This document shows positions 24,101-37,890 of a stretch of 64,000 nucleotides of DNA, one piece after another (within the stretch, counting starts at the first letter, position 1; each line of letters begins with the position of its first letter). Location: the NCBI GenBank assembly GCA_951804945.1, contig OX638152.1, positions 43,772,001 through 43,836,000 of the forward strand. The letters run 5' to 3'. The position numbers and the translations under genes were made by a program. Below the pieces are notes generated by a model, which was not told where the DNA came from, searched no databases, and worked only from the letters and a program-made list of their open reading frames with translations. Source of the stretch: Podarcis cretensis. Its lineage: Eukaryota.

Positions 24101-27100
24101 AAGCCATTACTGAGGAACATGTCAGGCTCAGGAGATGAATAGATTCACCCCTTGAGCAAAAGGAACTCCAACTTCCTCAAGGACTTCTTGATCAAATGGG
24201 AAGGGCAAGCTCGATCCCATCCGTTTTGATCCCTATAGTTCAGTTTGGACTAAGCTACTGGAGAGCAAGCAGCAGGACATGTGCTTAATACCCTCAATTT
24301 GTGGAGCTTGAGAAAGGATGCCTGCATGGTGCTCTCTGGTGCCAGATCAGCACCCAATGCATAAATTGGTCATCTGCAATGCATTAATTCCAATGGGATG
24401 CACATTTATATGAATGTGCATTCTGGTGTGATAAATTATTAGCCCACTTGTGCTAGCAACGGGGAACTTTCATTTCAGCCCCCTCACCACCTCAGACTAC
24501 TAAACATGAATTTCTCAACAAGGGGAGGTAAAGGAGGAGGAGGAGGAATGGGATTTTTTAAATTGAACATTGTAGTCCTCACCCCACCTCCAAATACCAA
24601 ATTCGCATTGAAAATCAGATCTCATATTAGTCATGACAGATTTCTGTGGGAGCTACTTTACAACCTGCTCTATATACACACAGCATACATAACTTGATAT
24701 ATGTAAGATTTAGTACTTATATGGAGCCAAAATAGATTATGCATTCTTAAAATAGCTTATGAATTGTTTTTGGCAGAGTTCTGTTAAAATATAAATGCAT
24801 TTTTTTGTGGTAAAAAAACCCCAAACCATTAAAGCAAGGAGCTGAACATCTGAATTTTCTGGTTTGCCCTTTGTGACATTTTAACCTTTTTTTCACAAAG
24901 TTGTCAGCCATAAAATGCAACAGTGATTCAGTTTTCATGTGCAGTGTAAAAATAAACTTGAACAACTTTTGCACATGTTGTTGCAAGAGAACTAAATTAT
25001 ATACTGTAATAAGTGAAAATATAAACCCAGTACTAATAAAATACAGATTGTGAATGACTAAAACAGATGAGATTCTTAATACTTAGATGTTTTACCCTTT
25101 CCCCAAACTATTATCTCAAATATGTATATTCTCCAATATCAAGCAAATGAGCTAAGCCAGCTCCTCCTCTCCTATTCAGTGCTATGAAGTGGACATCTCC
25201 CCACCCTCTTAGCTTCTCTAACTCTAAAAAAGACATAGATTCTGGCATTATTTATAGGATGAAAACTGATAATCTCTAGTAAAGCAGAACTTCAACATCT
25301 GGAAAGGTAAAATCTATCAATATTAGAAAACTGAGGCAACAGTGCATGTCAAAGATGGAAATATTACACATTCAATGCTCCAGTGGTCCAAACGAGAGAG
25401 CTTCTAAAAAATGCAATAATCTCAATATTAATTTATGTTTTAGTTAGTTGAAAATAATTTGTGTCGGAAATGCAATGAAAATTTCACTATTGTGATTTAG
25501 CCAATTGTTAAGCAGATATTGGAGGCTTACTCAACAGGATGCAGGAATGTTGAAATTAAGGCCTCATTTTATTGCCTATCATTAAATTATTCTAATCCAG
25601 CAAAATTAGCTTTTTTAATTTGAGATTTAACTCAGTCACTAATTAAATCAATGGGAGAGCTAAAAAGCTGATTTCTCCACATACTGAAAATATGTTTACA
25701 AGTATAATCAATTGGATACTGTAGGCCTGCACTGAGTACTAGTGTGCTTCTAAGCCCAACTCAAGGTGTTTCCCTGTAATACAAAGCCCTAAACAACTCC
25801 AGCCTCATATATTTGCAGGGGTTTCCATCCTATATAGACTGGTCAGGTGTTGGATCTGCAGAGGAGGCTCTGCTGGGATTTCCGTCGCCATGTGAAATTT
25901 GTCTGTGTAAGAGAGTGCTGTGTAAGAGAGCGGTTTCTGTTTAACATCAGGCCAAGGTGCACAAAGGGGTGCATCTTCCACCAGAAAAGGTGGAAATAGT
26001 TTAATTGTACTGAGCTATATGCAACCTCTCCTGGGACTGCATGGTGGAAGGTGAGCTGGAAATGAACAAATAGGGAATGCATGATTCCTTGTGTTACGGC
26101 CATGGTTCCTCATGAAAACACCACTTTTGCTCATTGCTCTAGCACACATACTGCTTCAGTTCATATGTAATGATGCTGGTTCAGCAAGTCGTGGTTTAGA
26201 AGCCTGGGCAAACCCAACTGCCATCACATGATGGCAATGGTCCTATTCTAAGCCTCTGTGGTGCACCTGCTTGGGAGTTGGTGCAGTAAATGGGCATTTT
26301 TCTTGTCTCGCCCCTTCTGTCCTGAGTGGCATGAGTGATGTGGAGTGGCTGTGCCACTCCATCAAGACCTGCCACATACCAGTGTATGTAAGATTTCAGT
26401 CTTACATACACTTAAAAAAATTGATAAAGGGAACCATCTGTTAACTAAAATTCACACAAGATCAAGTTTGTCTTCATATTAGCAGATATTTACTAATAAA
26501 GGAACCCTAACTCCCCAATTCACTGGCTTGGTGAGGCATTAAGATTGAGGTGATGTATATGTTGGCAGAGAAGAGCTTCACTGATGGAGGGGCACATCTA
26601 CTACAGAGGTGTCGGCTACACCTGTGGTTGTTTCACTGGTTGTTGACAGAATTAGGCTCGGGGGGGGGCAGCTGTGAGATATGGGTGGTCTGGGATGCAA
26701 AGTCCCTTCATCCATTGGGTAGGTTCCAGGACAGGACTCCCTTGCTTCACCAGCCAAGAATTGGTAGAACTAGGGTTGACATGTTTCAGAGGGTGAAAAT
26801 CCAGACATAAAAGTTGTTGAGGTTTTTGTCCAGTACTATACCTACGTACCTGGGAGAAAACACTATTGAATTCAGTTAGGCTGAATAAAGCTGTATTGGC
26901 TGCATGCTAAAAGATTTAGCTTGCTATTCATCTGCTGATAGATGTATTGATTTGAGCTGCTATAAGAGAATATAAGACAGAAATATTCCATAGTCAGATA
27001 CTGTGGGAGAAAGTGATTTCCCTATAACTTTATTTTTAGACTGTCCCAATTAAAGCATCACAGTGTTCATGTTGTTTGTATAATTAATATGAATAAACAC

Positions 27101-29416
27101 TATGCTTACTCTTAATCTCTAATTATGATAAACTACACATTTTCATTTAAGTCAAGCCTCTGCTTGCACTAAAGCTGTCTAAATCTCTCCTGAGTTTTGA
27201 AGATAACTTTGGAAATTGAGGGAATTAGCAGATAGGGTCCCACTGAGAGAACTGTTCACAGGAAAGGGAATAAAAGACGGATAGGTGACTCTAAAGTACT
27301 CGATAATGAAAGCTGGGAGGAAGAAAAACTGCTGTGATTGAAAATAAGTAAGATCATTTTGTGGAAATTGTGTGCAAACATTAAAGCACAAATTAAAGAA
27401 CAAAATGTAGGACAGATCCTGTTCAACAACAGAGGGTTCTTGTTCCATATTCTGAGATTCACACTGGGGGAAAGTTGCAGAAACTACATTAATTTCACAC
27501 ACGTGTATGACGAATAAATACAATTTCCTCTTTAGTTCTAAAGGGTTTTACTTCATCCACTCTACCTCAGAAAATACCAGCACATAAGACCAATGAAACT
27601 TATGACAATCAACTGATTGTGACAACCACATTTAGATAAGCAACAGAGCCAATACAGAGAGGGATAGGCTTTCCTTTGGATGTGCCAGCTGCTTGTCTTT
27701 GACAAAGGATATATAACTGTTCACATTTTAAGTTATTCAGATATTATAATTTGGGTCCTAATAATGCTCAATTATTATTAGTTCAAAATAAGTTCTAAAT
27801 TGTTTAAAGTTTATTTTTGTTGAGGAAACTATACAGTGCCATAGTATTTCTCAGTTTTATTACCTACAGCCAGTAGGGTTAACTGGAATACTCAAACTGA
27901 AGCACTCGAACAAATAATGTAGGAAATGGTTTAGCCAGAGGGCTGACACTTGCTAAAAGTCTACAGCTGAAACTACCCTATATAGTTTCTGTGAAGAAGG
28001 GTCGGTAAGAAGAAGACTGTATAATGGACCTAAATTCAGTAAACATATTTATCGATAGATTTTCATGTTTAGAGAATCCTCCCACAGTATTCCCTCCTTT
28101 TACTCTTGGCACCATCTTTACCCAGAGAAATTAAGCAGAAACTTTGTAGCTCCACTTCCCAATTCTCAAGCAAAATTGTGAGCCAAGGAAATAGTGCTTA
28201 TCAAACTCTGATCAATTTCCCTACTACTTTCACCACTTAGGTTAAACTCTCTCCCACCCATTCACACTTTATAAGATTAGTCAGGCACAACTGATAATCT
28301 GTGCAAACTCTGCTTTCCAAATGCAATGTCACGTGACCAACTGGAAAATGATAAGATGTATAGCACCAATTCTGCTTAACCCCAATAGAGGTTCTTGGCA
28401 ATTTCTTTCCAAAATAGTTTCATTCTGTTGTGCTTGGTCCTCTTAAATTGAACTCACAAAGGGGAAAAGACCATCATAAATTCCCTTACCCAACCATGGC
28501 AGTTATTAACTCTGCACTGGAAGAATATATTAAATGCTAGAGACAATTTTTGTGCAAAATGAAGATAAGGAAATATATGCCCTCTATTAAATGGCATAAC
28601 CCTTTCTTCAATTTTCAAACTGCAAAGTAAGAAAAAAGGGGGGAAGAGTTCTGTCCCACTTGGTGCACCCAATAAAGCTATGCATCTAATCTCAATGCTG
28701 AAAAAATAAGAACAGGAAATTGTCTAAGATTATCATTATAATCAAACTATACTGAAGAAGCGTTTGATATCAAACACTACTAAACACTGAAACTTTTAAA
28801 ACTTGGAACATTTGACATTATCTTATTTTAGAAGGCTTACAGTGCTAATAAACTCAAATATATACTTCTGCAATTACCCTCTGTAGTTCCAAATCTATAT
28901 TTGCAGAAATTTAATTAGGAAGAAACTCCAGTATCCATTTTTACAATAATAAAAATGTCAGCAAGGCCAACTTTCAGCTAGATAATATGAAAGATGTGCA
29001 GGCACAGACTACTAAGTAATCAAACTTAACAACAGAATCCTGATAACGATTAATATGCCTGACTCACTTTGAGCTGGATAATCAGATGAACAGGGTGCAA
29101 GCAACTGAGCAGTGACCAAATATGGGGGAGCTCATGTGCATTCAGACATCTATATTTCTAAAGCAACTACTAAATGAAAAACTACGTCTTGAAGTAGTTT
29201 CAGTTAGCAAAATGTGTGATTTCTGAAAATGCCAACAGCTTTATCATCAAATGCTTATTCACAAGTTGCCTCATTGCTTTTTATTGTTTTAATTAACAAG
29301 AATGGTTGGGGACTGCAGGCAGGTTAAGGCTTGTATGCTTCAAAGAAACATGGGGTGTAATACATATTGTATCTATGCTCTGTTCTCATAGACTGCATTC
29401 AAACATCATAGTAAAC

Positions 29417-29553
29417 CTGGAGTAGCCAACTTGATGTCCTCCACATGTTGTTGGACTATAATTAAGATCATCCTTGATCATTAGCTATACTGATTGAGGC
29501 TAATGGGAGTTGAGTCCAACAGCTCCTGGAAGGAACCAGCTTTGCTATCCCTG
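29417..29553. mobile_element. Old hAT-type palindromic MITE
   Basis: Diverged relative of the 467 and 43613 elements (tgttgttggacta / gagtccaacagc). Flanks are tagtaaac and aagtaaac. Confidence 0.7.
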
Positions 29554-31134
29554 AAGTAAACTATAGCTTATGCAAACAAGCCACCCAGAATGCCAGCTTT
29601 GTACACATCCCAGTCCCTTCCACTACATTTTCAAATTGGCTTGTTTGTTTTGTTTTGAAAAAAACATAGTTTACTTCAACCATAGTTTGTTGGTTTGGAC
29701 ATGAAAAACTGCGGTCAAGCAAAAAAAAGTATCTTCTTGTGGCTGCACTGGAATAAGAGAGGAAAATGCGACTCCAAGCTTTACTGCAACTTGTCAGACC
29801 GAACTGGGGTCTAGCAAGTCATATGAACTGGGCTGTTGCATCATCACATGGAATCCCTGTCAATATGTGTTGGACATCCTATGTGGCTGGTACAGGTCAT
29901 GTCTTGGACTCAATATAAAAGCATCCCCAAGGGCACTGGCTTAATTTCCTTCTGAAGATGTTTTATATATAGTCACTATCTCTCTGGGCTGTCAGGGGCT
30001 GCATATCAGTGGTGGATGGGGCCTGGAATAAACAATTCTTCTGCTTTTTCACCATTGTTATCTCAGTGTAAAATTCCCTACAGGATTTGAATGATTTTCT
30101 CTCAAATTAAGTATACAGAGGATTAATTAAAAACAAAAAGTCAGAAAAATAAGGAAGAAATGAACAGGGAGGAAGAAATTCTAATGGGATGGAATAATAG
30201 CAGCTGCAGGACCCATAAAATTAGATCAGAGCCACATGTAGATCCTGGGTTGCAGGTTGCTCACCTATAACTTATATAGAAGAAAGTTAAAGGGAGGTTT
30301 AATTTGCTCCTTGATACTGGTCGCCCCAGCTATTGTGTATCATGCCTGATCCTGTTTGCATTGTCTCATCTATTCACCTCCCAAGCCCTTTCATGGCCTT
30401 CATTTTTTGGTGAAATGCAGGGAACTGGCAAATATATCTTGTATTTTTCTAACTCCTATGCTGATTGTTGCTGTTTTATGGGGTTTTTTAAAGACCATTT
30501 TAATTATTCAGTGTATTTGTGGGGGCTTAATGTTGTGTACCACTTTGTGCATCTTTCTTTTTAATTGGAAATAATTATAGAAAATTTACAGTTAAAAAAT
30601 GTTCTAAAGGACACAGATTAACATCTCACCCACATAAAGCCAAAATATGATAGCAGACTGCTTCCAAAGTATTCAGAGTTGGTAATGGGGGTGGGGTGGA
30701 GGTGAACTAATATTTGTGTTTTATTTATTGAAGTTTTTAAAATTTAAACCTGAGTAATAAGTTACTGAAATTTTAATGAGCCTGTCATTACCTATGGCAC
30801 TAATCCTACGTAAACTAATGATAAATTTCAAAGCACTTATCTAGCAGCATGAGCAGCATTAATCCATGGGGTGATTTTGATAAAGTACAGTTCAACAACA
30901 GAGCAAAAAATGGCTAATTAAAAAGTTGTTTAGAGAAGTACTTATTGTAAATGTGAGCAAACTGCATAATAGTAACATGGATGCCTAGTGAACTCTGCTG
31001 CTAGCGACCTTGAATCACCAAAAGAAAATCTCCAAATAAAATACAAGCATTATTAAATTAACTTAATATTTCAGAACTGTTTGGTTTTTACATGGAGCCA
31101 CCTTCTTTTTAAATGCAACAATTATTTTTGTGGG

Positions 31135-31157
31135 GTGTGTGTGTGTGTGTGTGTGTG
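31135..31157. repeat. (TG)n microsatellite
   Basis: Read directly from the sequence. Confidence 0.95.
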
Positions 31158-32325
31158 CATGATTCCAGATCAAGAAAATTAGGAAGCTGTTTCAATGGGT
31201 CTACTATATGGCTAACACTTTCCTAACTGGAGGCATGGTAACTGAATTTCAGGAATTTACATTTCAGCATTTATGATTCCCAGTTGTGTGAAAGCATTGC
31301 CTCTTCTCTCCTACACTGATGCTTTCTAAATGGAGGGGGGGGGTCACATGTTTCTGGATTCCACCTCATACCTGAAAGTTCATGAGATTTAGGGTAAAGC
31401 CCCTATCTAATGAGAATTATAGATTTTTCAGCTCTGAATCACCACAATAATTTTAAGAGGGCTGCTGTCTTGGCAAAGCTCACCCACCTGCCTTAGCAAG
31501 TATAGTCACAGTGATCCCTTCGATTAGAGGAAGTCTAAAGCACAATTTGCAGCCAGCATTGACCAATCTATAAAATACATTTTTGTCATATTTGGCATTT
31601 CCCATCTGAAATATTCCTTTCAATTTCTTTCATGGTAGGAGTGCAATAACATGGAAAATACTTTCAACCTATTGTCAAAAAACAACTGCTACATTTTCAG
31701 AACTTACAAATTAGAAATATTCCCTGTCACTCATTCACTAGAAAGTAACTTCCATCAAGCACATATTTCTGGATATTTGCCTCTGCCAGCTGCCTGACAC
31801 TTAATGAAATACTGGCTGAGTTAACATTTTTGTGATGAGCCAGGGTCGCTGGTATATTGTGGTTTACCATGAACAAGCAACATGTTTACACATGCATCCT
31901 CATGACTTCTGCTTTGTTCTTCCCTTCACAGGGACAGGAGAAACGGATCAGGAAACCACAACGTATGACTTCTGAAACCAGGGTCCTAATTTGCTGCTCC
32001 AAAACATCAGGATTTGTAGACCACAAAAACTCATAGTTTAGAGCTTGCTTAGGGGAAAACAAACCAGGCTTCTAGGGGTTTAGATATTCAAGCAAGCCAT
32101 GCTTAATTGCAGCTTCATGATTTGTTTCTCCCACTTACTCCAGGGGAGAAGCAAAGCAGAAGCAACCTGAGCTGCCGTTCATCAAGGTAAGCCACGATTA
32201 GCCAGCCAACTTTGTTTTGGGGGAGAAAGGCAGGGTAAAATTAATGCTAAATCAAACCAAACAAATTAATCAAAGCACATGTCAATGCACGCCATCATTT
32301 AAATGACAGAGAAGGAAGTACTCAC

Positions 32326-32504
32326 CATGTATAATCAGAACATACTCTGCGCTGTTTAGGCCAATAGAGTTTGCTGCTTCACATCGATATGTACCATTGT
32401 CCGTTCTATTTAGGGAATTAATGTTTAGCTCCCTACCATTGACAACCATCCTTTCTGGATCTGGTAAATCTCCACCATCCTTTGTCCATAATACTGGATC
32501 TGGC
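32326..32504 (-). CDS. CADM2: CADM2 internal exon, C-terminal part of the third Ig domain (179 nt, phase 2 to 1)
   Basis: Boundaries are tgtttttaatag|G CCA GAT ... ATA CAT G|gtgagt. It translates to PDPVLWTKDGGDLPDPERMVVNGRELNINSLNRTDNGTYRCEAANSIGLNSAEYVLIIH, with the Ig core Trp, the DxGxYxC motif and N-glycosylation sequons NRT and NGT. Confidence 0.97.
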
Positions 32505-32934
32505 CTATTAAAAACAAATAGATGAAACCATTATTTTCAAATTCATTTTAAAATAAATGTGCATCATATCAAACCAACCCAACATGGGTTTCTTATGCAG
32601 CAAACTTTAAGAACCATAAAAATAATTAAGTAAGTAATACAGACAGAGCTGAACAACACCATTCACAATTAAATATTATCTTTAAATTAGATAAAATATT
32701 GGTTGGTGGTAAGGTCAATTATTTATAATTGGGTTTGCAAATGCCTTAGAACTATAGAAATATTCATGATTAATTTTTCCTACAAAATGTTGTCTCTTTT
32801 AAACTATATCTCAGGATACTTTCCTATTGATAAATTCTGCCTAGTGACATTTACTTGATTTGTTCCTGTCCGCTATATGAGTTACAGGCTATTCTTTCAG
32901 AATTAAGCCTACAGTATATATTCATAGACCCTCA

Positions 32935-33265
32935 TCCAAGTGCCTCCTCTGGCAAAAGCTTTTTTAGTGGGGGCTCCCCTCCTATGGAACACGCAGACTC
33001 AGCAATGGCACCCCATTGCCTCCTTCTCAGTACCAAGCTTTTGAATGTTCTTTAGCATTTTTATTGCTATTGCTCTTGGTAGCTTGTTAGTCAGATTAAT
33101 TTTAATGGTGATTGTGTTTATGGCACTATGGCTATTGCTTTTAATTGATTCAGCTGTTTGTGTAATGGATTTTTTATTATTTTTTATATTTAACTGATTG
33201 TTATAGAAGTGTAAAGGTTGCTTTTATTGCCACCTTAAGGTTTTGGTGTAAGGCGATGAATAAGG
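32935..33265 (+). mobile_element. Probable L2 LINE 3' end, decayed
   Basis: gcttttttagtgggggctcccctcctatggaac (an AFSV.AP.LWN-like motif) is followed by a T-rich UTR and a terminal gccacctt...aggcga stem-like end. Confidence 0.5.
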
Positions 33266-34080
33266 AAGAAATAATAACAATGATCATATCTACCAACTTT
33301 GGGACTAATTGAAATCTTAATAGCAACTAGTCTCATATTAAGCATGCATACACAGCCACAATATCATGCATAAAATGTGGTATTGCACCAGTATGGAACA
33401 GTACCTAAACCTGTCATGCCAGCATGATGGGAACAAAGTTATATAGGCGCACATAACAGTTGCACTACTTTAGGCTGAAAACAATAAGCCTTTACAAGGC
33501 AACACTTCAAGGCTCTAATTCATTAGTGGAGTGTGTAGGAAGATCATCACAGGCTGCTAAAAGGCACAGACAAAGCAAAACTACAGAAAAGGTTAGTACC
33601 AGGTTCTTATAATAGTCATTAAGGAAAATAAAAAAATATGTGGGTATAGCAATGGATGGGCAATAAAATCAGAGGAACTGGGACAGACAGGTAGAATTGT
33701 GGAAGAGAATTAATCTATAAAGGCTTGGTAACAATAAAGGTATTCTGTAATGGGAACTACGGAGAAGCAAAAAGTCTGTAAAGAGGAATCTGAGAGGACT
33801 ACGAGAAAATATTTTTCACACGTAGTTATAAATTATGTGGTAGCCTATAAATTATGAAAAATTATAGCGTTTCTATTTTATGCCACTCTGTCCAAAACCT
33901 CAGGGTGAAAGAAAATATTAATATAATATATATATTTCCTAATAAATAACAGAAAGTCTAGCAATAATATACAATATTGTAATGCTACCATTAAATTTAA
34001 TGCAGCAAGCAGAAACCCAAATGTTAACCCACAAATCTGTATACATACATTCTGATTCTGGTTTTCCTATGTATGAAACT

Positions 34081-34260
34081 CAGTGGCGTAGCGTGGGTTA
34101 TCAGCACCCGGGGCAAGGCAAGTAATTTGCGCCCCCTAACCCATGGATTTGCGCCCCCTAACCCGTGGATTTGCGCCCCTTAACCCGTGGATTTCCCTAA
34201 CCCCCAGATGTTGCGCCCGGTGCAGCCGGCCCCCCCTGCACCCCCCACGCTACGCCACTG
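34081..34260. mobile_element. Young hAT MITE (180 bp) with an internal 22-bp minisatellite
   Basis: Perfect 17-bp TIR cagtggcgtagcgtggg and perfect 8-bp TSD atgaaact at 34073-34080 and 34261-34268. The interior has about three copies of atttgcgccccctaacccgtgg. Confidence 0.95.
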
Positions 34261-34465
34261 ATGAAACTCTAGCAATAGCATATATGTTTTAGTGGGGCAG
34301 GTTACAATACAAAAAAAAAAAAATGAAGAAAGCTTACATTTTAGCAAGGAAAAAAACAGTGGCACCTCCAGCTATACATTAGCATGGGACCTTTATACAT
34401 CTGCCCCCAACCACCGAGTTTTAGTCTAACCAGTTCTCACTGTAAACCTATGGATTGGCTTATAA

Positions 34466-34651
34466 CCATATTTATTTGAGTTTAATGTGCCATCAAATCT
34501 AATGCGCACCTCAGTTTTCAGAACCTTGAAACAAAAAACAAAAAAAGGATTTGGCTGGCAAGTGCAAATATACCATCAAATCTAATGTGCACCTTAATTT
34601 TCGCAATGTAATTTGGCCAAAAAGGTGAGCATTAGATTTTAGTAACTATGG
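34466..34651. mobile_element. Tc1/mariner (pogo/Tigger-like) MITE, degenerate
   Basis: Ends ccatatttatttgagtttaatg and cattagattttagtaactatgg|ta are inverted. The internal direct repeat ccatcaaatctaatgYgcacct occurs twice. Confidence 0.65.
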
Positions 34652-37164
34652 TAGATCTCTGAGGAAGAAAGAACTGGACACATAGTACTAAACACATTGT
34701 AAAATACCAAGGGAAAGCCAGCCACTTACTACCACCTGCTTTTGTGTGTTAATGAAGTGTCTTCAAGGACCAGCCCTTTGGTGTACATCTTCTAGCCTCT
34801 GACCACGCAAGTCTCTAACTGCCTTCACATGCCAGCACTCTCCAAAGTTTGACACTTTGACATAGGAATTCCCTTCTGGCATTTCTTATAGATATTTATA
34901 GCACAAACATAACATGCCTATTCAGAACTGATCACTGTTTGGTTCAGTGATACTTATTCATACATAAGGGTGTTTAGGATCACAGTCTTAAGAAAGAAAT
35001 ATGGACATAAAGGCAACAATTTTCCAATAGCCCTTCCAAAAATTTAACACCTCTCTTTTTTGCATGTTCATAATTCTTTCCTGCTATTTTAATGGTAGAG
35101 TTTTAATGTTTTCGTGATTTTTTTAAATGTGCCATTCGTAAGCTTTGTGGGCTGTTTTGGGTTGAGAAATAGACCAGAATTTGTATATAAATAATCTCTC
35201 ACACTGAGCAGTACTTCCATATCATATAATATTATGCAATAATGTAACATGCTTAAAAGTTGCAATTTACAGAGTCAGCACCTTTAGTTTATTGATAATA
35301 TATCCAGATACTGACCCTAGTGACTGTTCCTAAAAATAGAAGCTATGTGGGAAAGGCATATTTAATATCACCTGACTGAGATAATCCGTGTTTAAATAAT
35401 ATATTTTTGATTCAAAAAAATATTATGCAATTACTTTCACTTGGATTATACACAACAACAGAGACAGAAGATGAAATATTTGTTGAAAAATAAACATAGA
35501 TTTGACATAGTAATAAATGCATTCCAAATACAACGTAGTGTTTCTAGTTGCAAAAACAGTATTTCCTCGGTAAAAATAAATGTTTGTTATTTAACTTTAT
35601 TAACTAAGTGTTGAGTCTGACTATTTAGTCCTCTGACTTACATCTAATACCAAAGCTAGAAGCTAAAGAGAATCCCTTATGCAGCAAACAGATGAGCTTG
35701 GAAGCCAGTTTTGCACATGTAATCTAGTAGAAAACATTTGTGTTCAAACAGTCTATGTTGTTTATGTTAAAATGCTGACAGAACGAATTTCTCTTTAAGG
35801 GGTAGAATGATGCAGCTTGCTGAAAAGAGGGGTTATTTTAAAACTAAGGTATTCTTAGATTTATAATTTATCTCCCTCTTGTTCCTCACAAATGCATAAG
35901 GCATGCATCACTCAGTTGATCTACTCATGTTTCTCACAAGCTTTTAAGAATCAAATACTTCTGGAAAAAGATAGGCTAAGTTATTGAATACTGTATGTAT
36001 TATATTACATGTGTTGCAAGCAATGTTGGATATTGGAAAATCAGATTATCTTAAAGTATTGTTAAGCAATTTCTTATAATAAGAAAGGACAGATACCTAG
36101 TGACCTGTAAGCATGATCCCTCTTTGTTTGGGAGGCAGGAGGGTGAGCAGCAGAGAATGAGTGGGTGGTGTTAGGACAGAATTTGGGCTGAAGTAAAGAA
36201 TCGAGTGGGACAAGATCAAAGCATAAATTGGTTGTAAGCACTGCAACTACCTCTTGACCCCAAACCATCGATGTCAGACATGATTGGAATTGAACACGCT
36301 AATAATGGTCAGAATCCAACGAATCATGAAGCTAGTTCTGTGTGCTCACTGTGCTTTCAATACATTCTCTGAATAGTAGCTCTCCCCCATCTTCAACGAG
36401 TTGAATGGCAAACCCTTTTGAAACTAAGGTTGATCTCAACAGCTGTTTGTTTCATGGTATTGAGGGGTCTTTTGTTGAAAGAGCAGCTTGTTGGATAACG
36501 ATAATAATAGTGATAATAAAATGAGACAGCATGAAAATAAAAAAAAACAATTAAATACATGCTTAAATAAAATAAGACCATGCTTTCAGAATTCCCGGAG
36601 GAAAGAACACGAAATTAAAAGAGAGAGAAAAAGATCTAAAGCTGTATTTTACCACTGCAGTTTAAAAGGGAAGGCAAGATATCATTATAAAACCATCATT
36701 ATAAAACCTTCCAAGAGATTTTATTGTCTGCCTTTGGGAGAATAGAAGGAAGAGAGAAGGAGAAAGCTTTCTGTTTCCTCTCCTATCTCCACTTACTATC
36801 TTCGAAAGAAAGACAAGCGGATTTCTCTTCTGTGACTCATAGAATAAATGTAGTTATAGATGCTGCACACTATGTTGTCAAGCATAAAGCTGAACATCAT
36901 CTTCACAAATATAGGAATATGTAGAACTATTCTGATTTGCAGTAACAATCTGGGTTTCATTATTATTACTATTTTAGAATGGTGTGTATATAATAAGGAG
37001 AATGTAAGTTGAGATGTTAATGTGCTTAACAAGCAGCCATTGTGCACATTCACCAGGCCTCATGGAGGAGCATGTGCACACAATCCTTCCAGGAAGAGGA
37101 AATTGTGCACATTTCCCCGTCCATATATATAAACAGGCCTTGGATAAATCCACATTCCCTAAAA

Positions 37165-37343
37165 CTCCATAGTGCATCTGTAACAACAAAACCAGACACC
37201 TTTATCTGCCCCAGCTGCAATAAAACGTGTTGCTCCCATATTGGTTTTTACAGCCACAGCAGGCACTGTAACTCTCCAACGGTTTGACTTTACCCCAGAT
37301 GCTGCACTTTTCCATTGTCTCTCAATACAAATTGATGTCAACT
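37165..37343 (+). mobile_element. RTE-clade LINE 3' terminal fragment
   Basis: ORF 37042..37287 ends in a zinc-finger-like FICPSCNKTCCSHIGFYSHSRHCNSPTV*, followed by a short UTR ccattgtctctc...gatgtcaac. Confidence 0.78.
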
Positions 37344-37521
37344 AATCAGGATCATTTTATGTTTGCACTTGTGTTGCTGCTTCTAGAACAGATGGGTAAG
37401 GCTGCAGACCTATCCACTCTTAAATGGAAGTAACCCCTGTTGAACATAGCTAGACTTAGTTCTGAGTAAGCATGCATACAATAACAATGCAGCTGCTGTT
37501 CTAAACAGCCATCAGTTGCTG

Positions 37522-37569
37522 AATATAATATAATATAATATAATATAATATAATATAATATAATATAAT
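37522..37569. repeat. (ATATA)n pentanucleotide microsatellite
   Basis: Read directly from the sequence. Confidence 0.97.
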
Positions 37570-37868
37570 AACTTTATGTCAGTACTTTAAAAATAGATGC
37601 TTTGATAAATTTGCATGCTAAGGTCAAATGGAACCTGGCATCAGGAACAAAATAATACTTTAAAAACTGAACTGTGCATACCTTTGTTGCTACAGTATAT
37701 GTGGTTGCAAAATTTAAATGATGCTGATAGCTTATAAATAATGTAACCAGGATTGGGGTGCATAAAAAGGAAACTATAAAGGTGAAAAATTTCAAGAGAC
37801 CCTTGAGGCAAAAAATAGGAGAACATCCAACAATACAAATGTCATTGCAATAGCATGACATTGTAAAT

Positions 37869-37890
37869 CACACACACACACACACACACA
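37869..37890. repeat. (CA)n microsatellite
   Basis: Read directly from the sequence. Confidence 0.95.

Noticed and set aside
26560-26680. Minus-strand Ser/Thr-rich reading (STTSETTTGVADTSVV) as an extra stalk exon
   Set aside because: It ends in a stop, and I found no convincing flanking splice sites.
32283-32325. Read-through of the Ig3 donor giving a secreted form ending GEYFLLCHLNDGVH*
   Set aside because: The donor G|GTGAGT is strong, and a short open tail is expected by chance. There is no supporting signal.
34125-34204. Regular 22-bp repeats, considered as CRISPR-like or an interstitial telomere
   Set aside because: The units are head-to-tail without unique spacers, inside a eukaryotic MITE, and do not form a (TTAGGG)n array.
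37198-37270. Zinc-finger host gene exon
   Set aside because: It is a single finger followed by a stop and an RTE-type 3' UTR, and a homologous end recurs at 51833.
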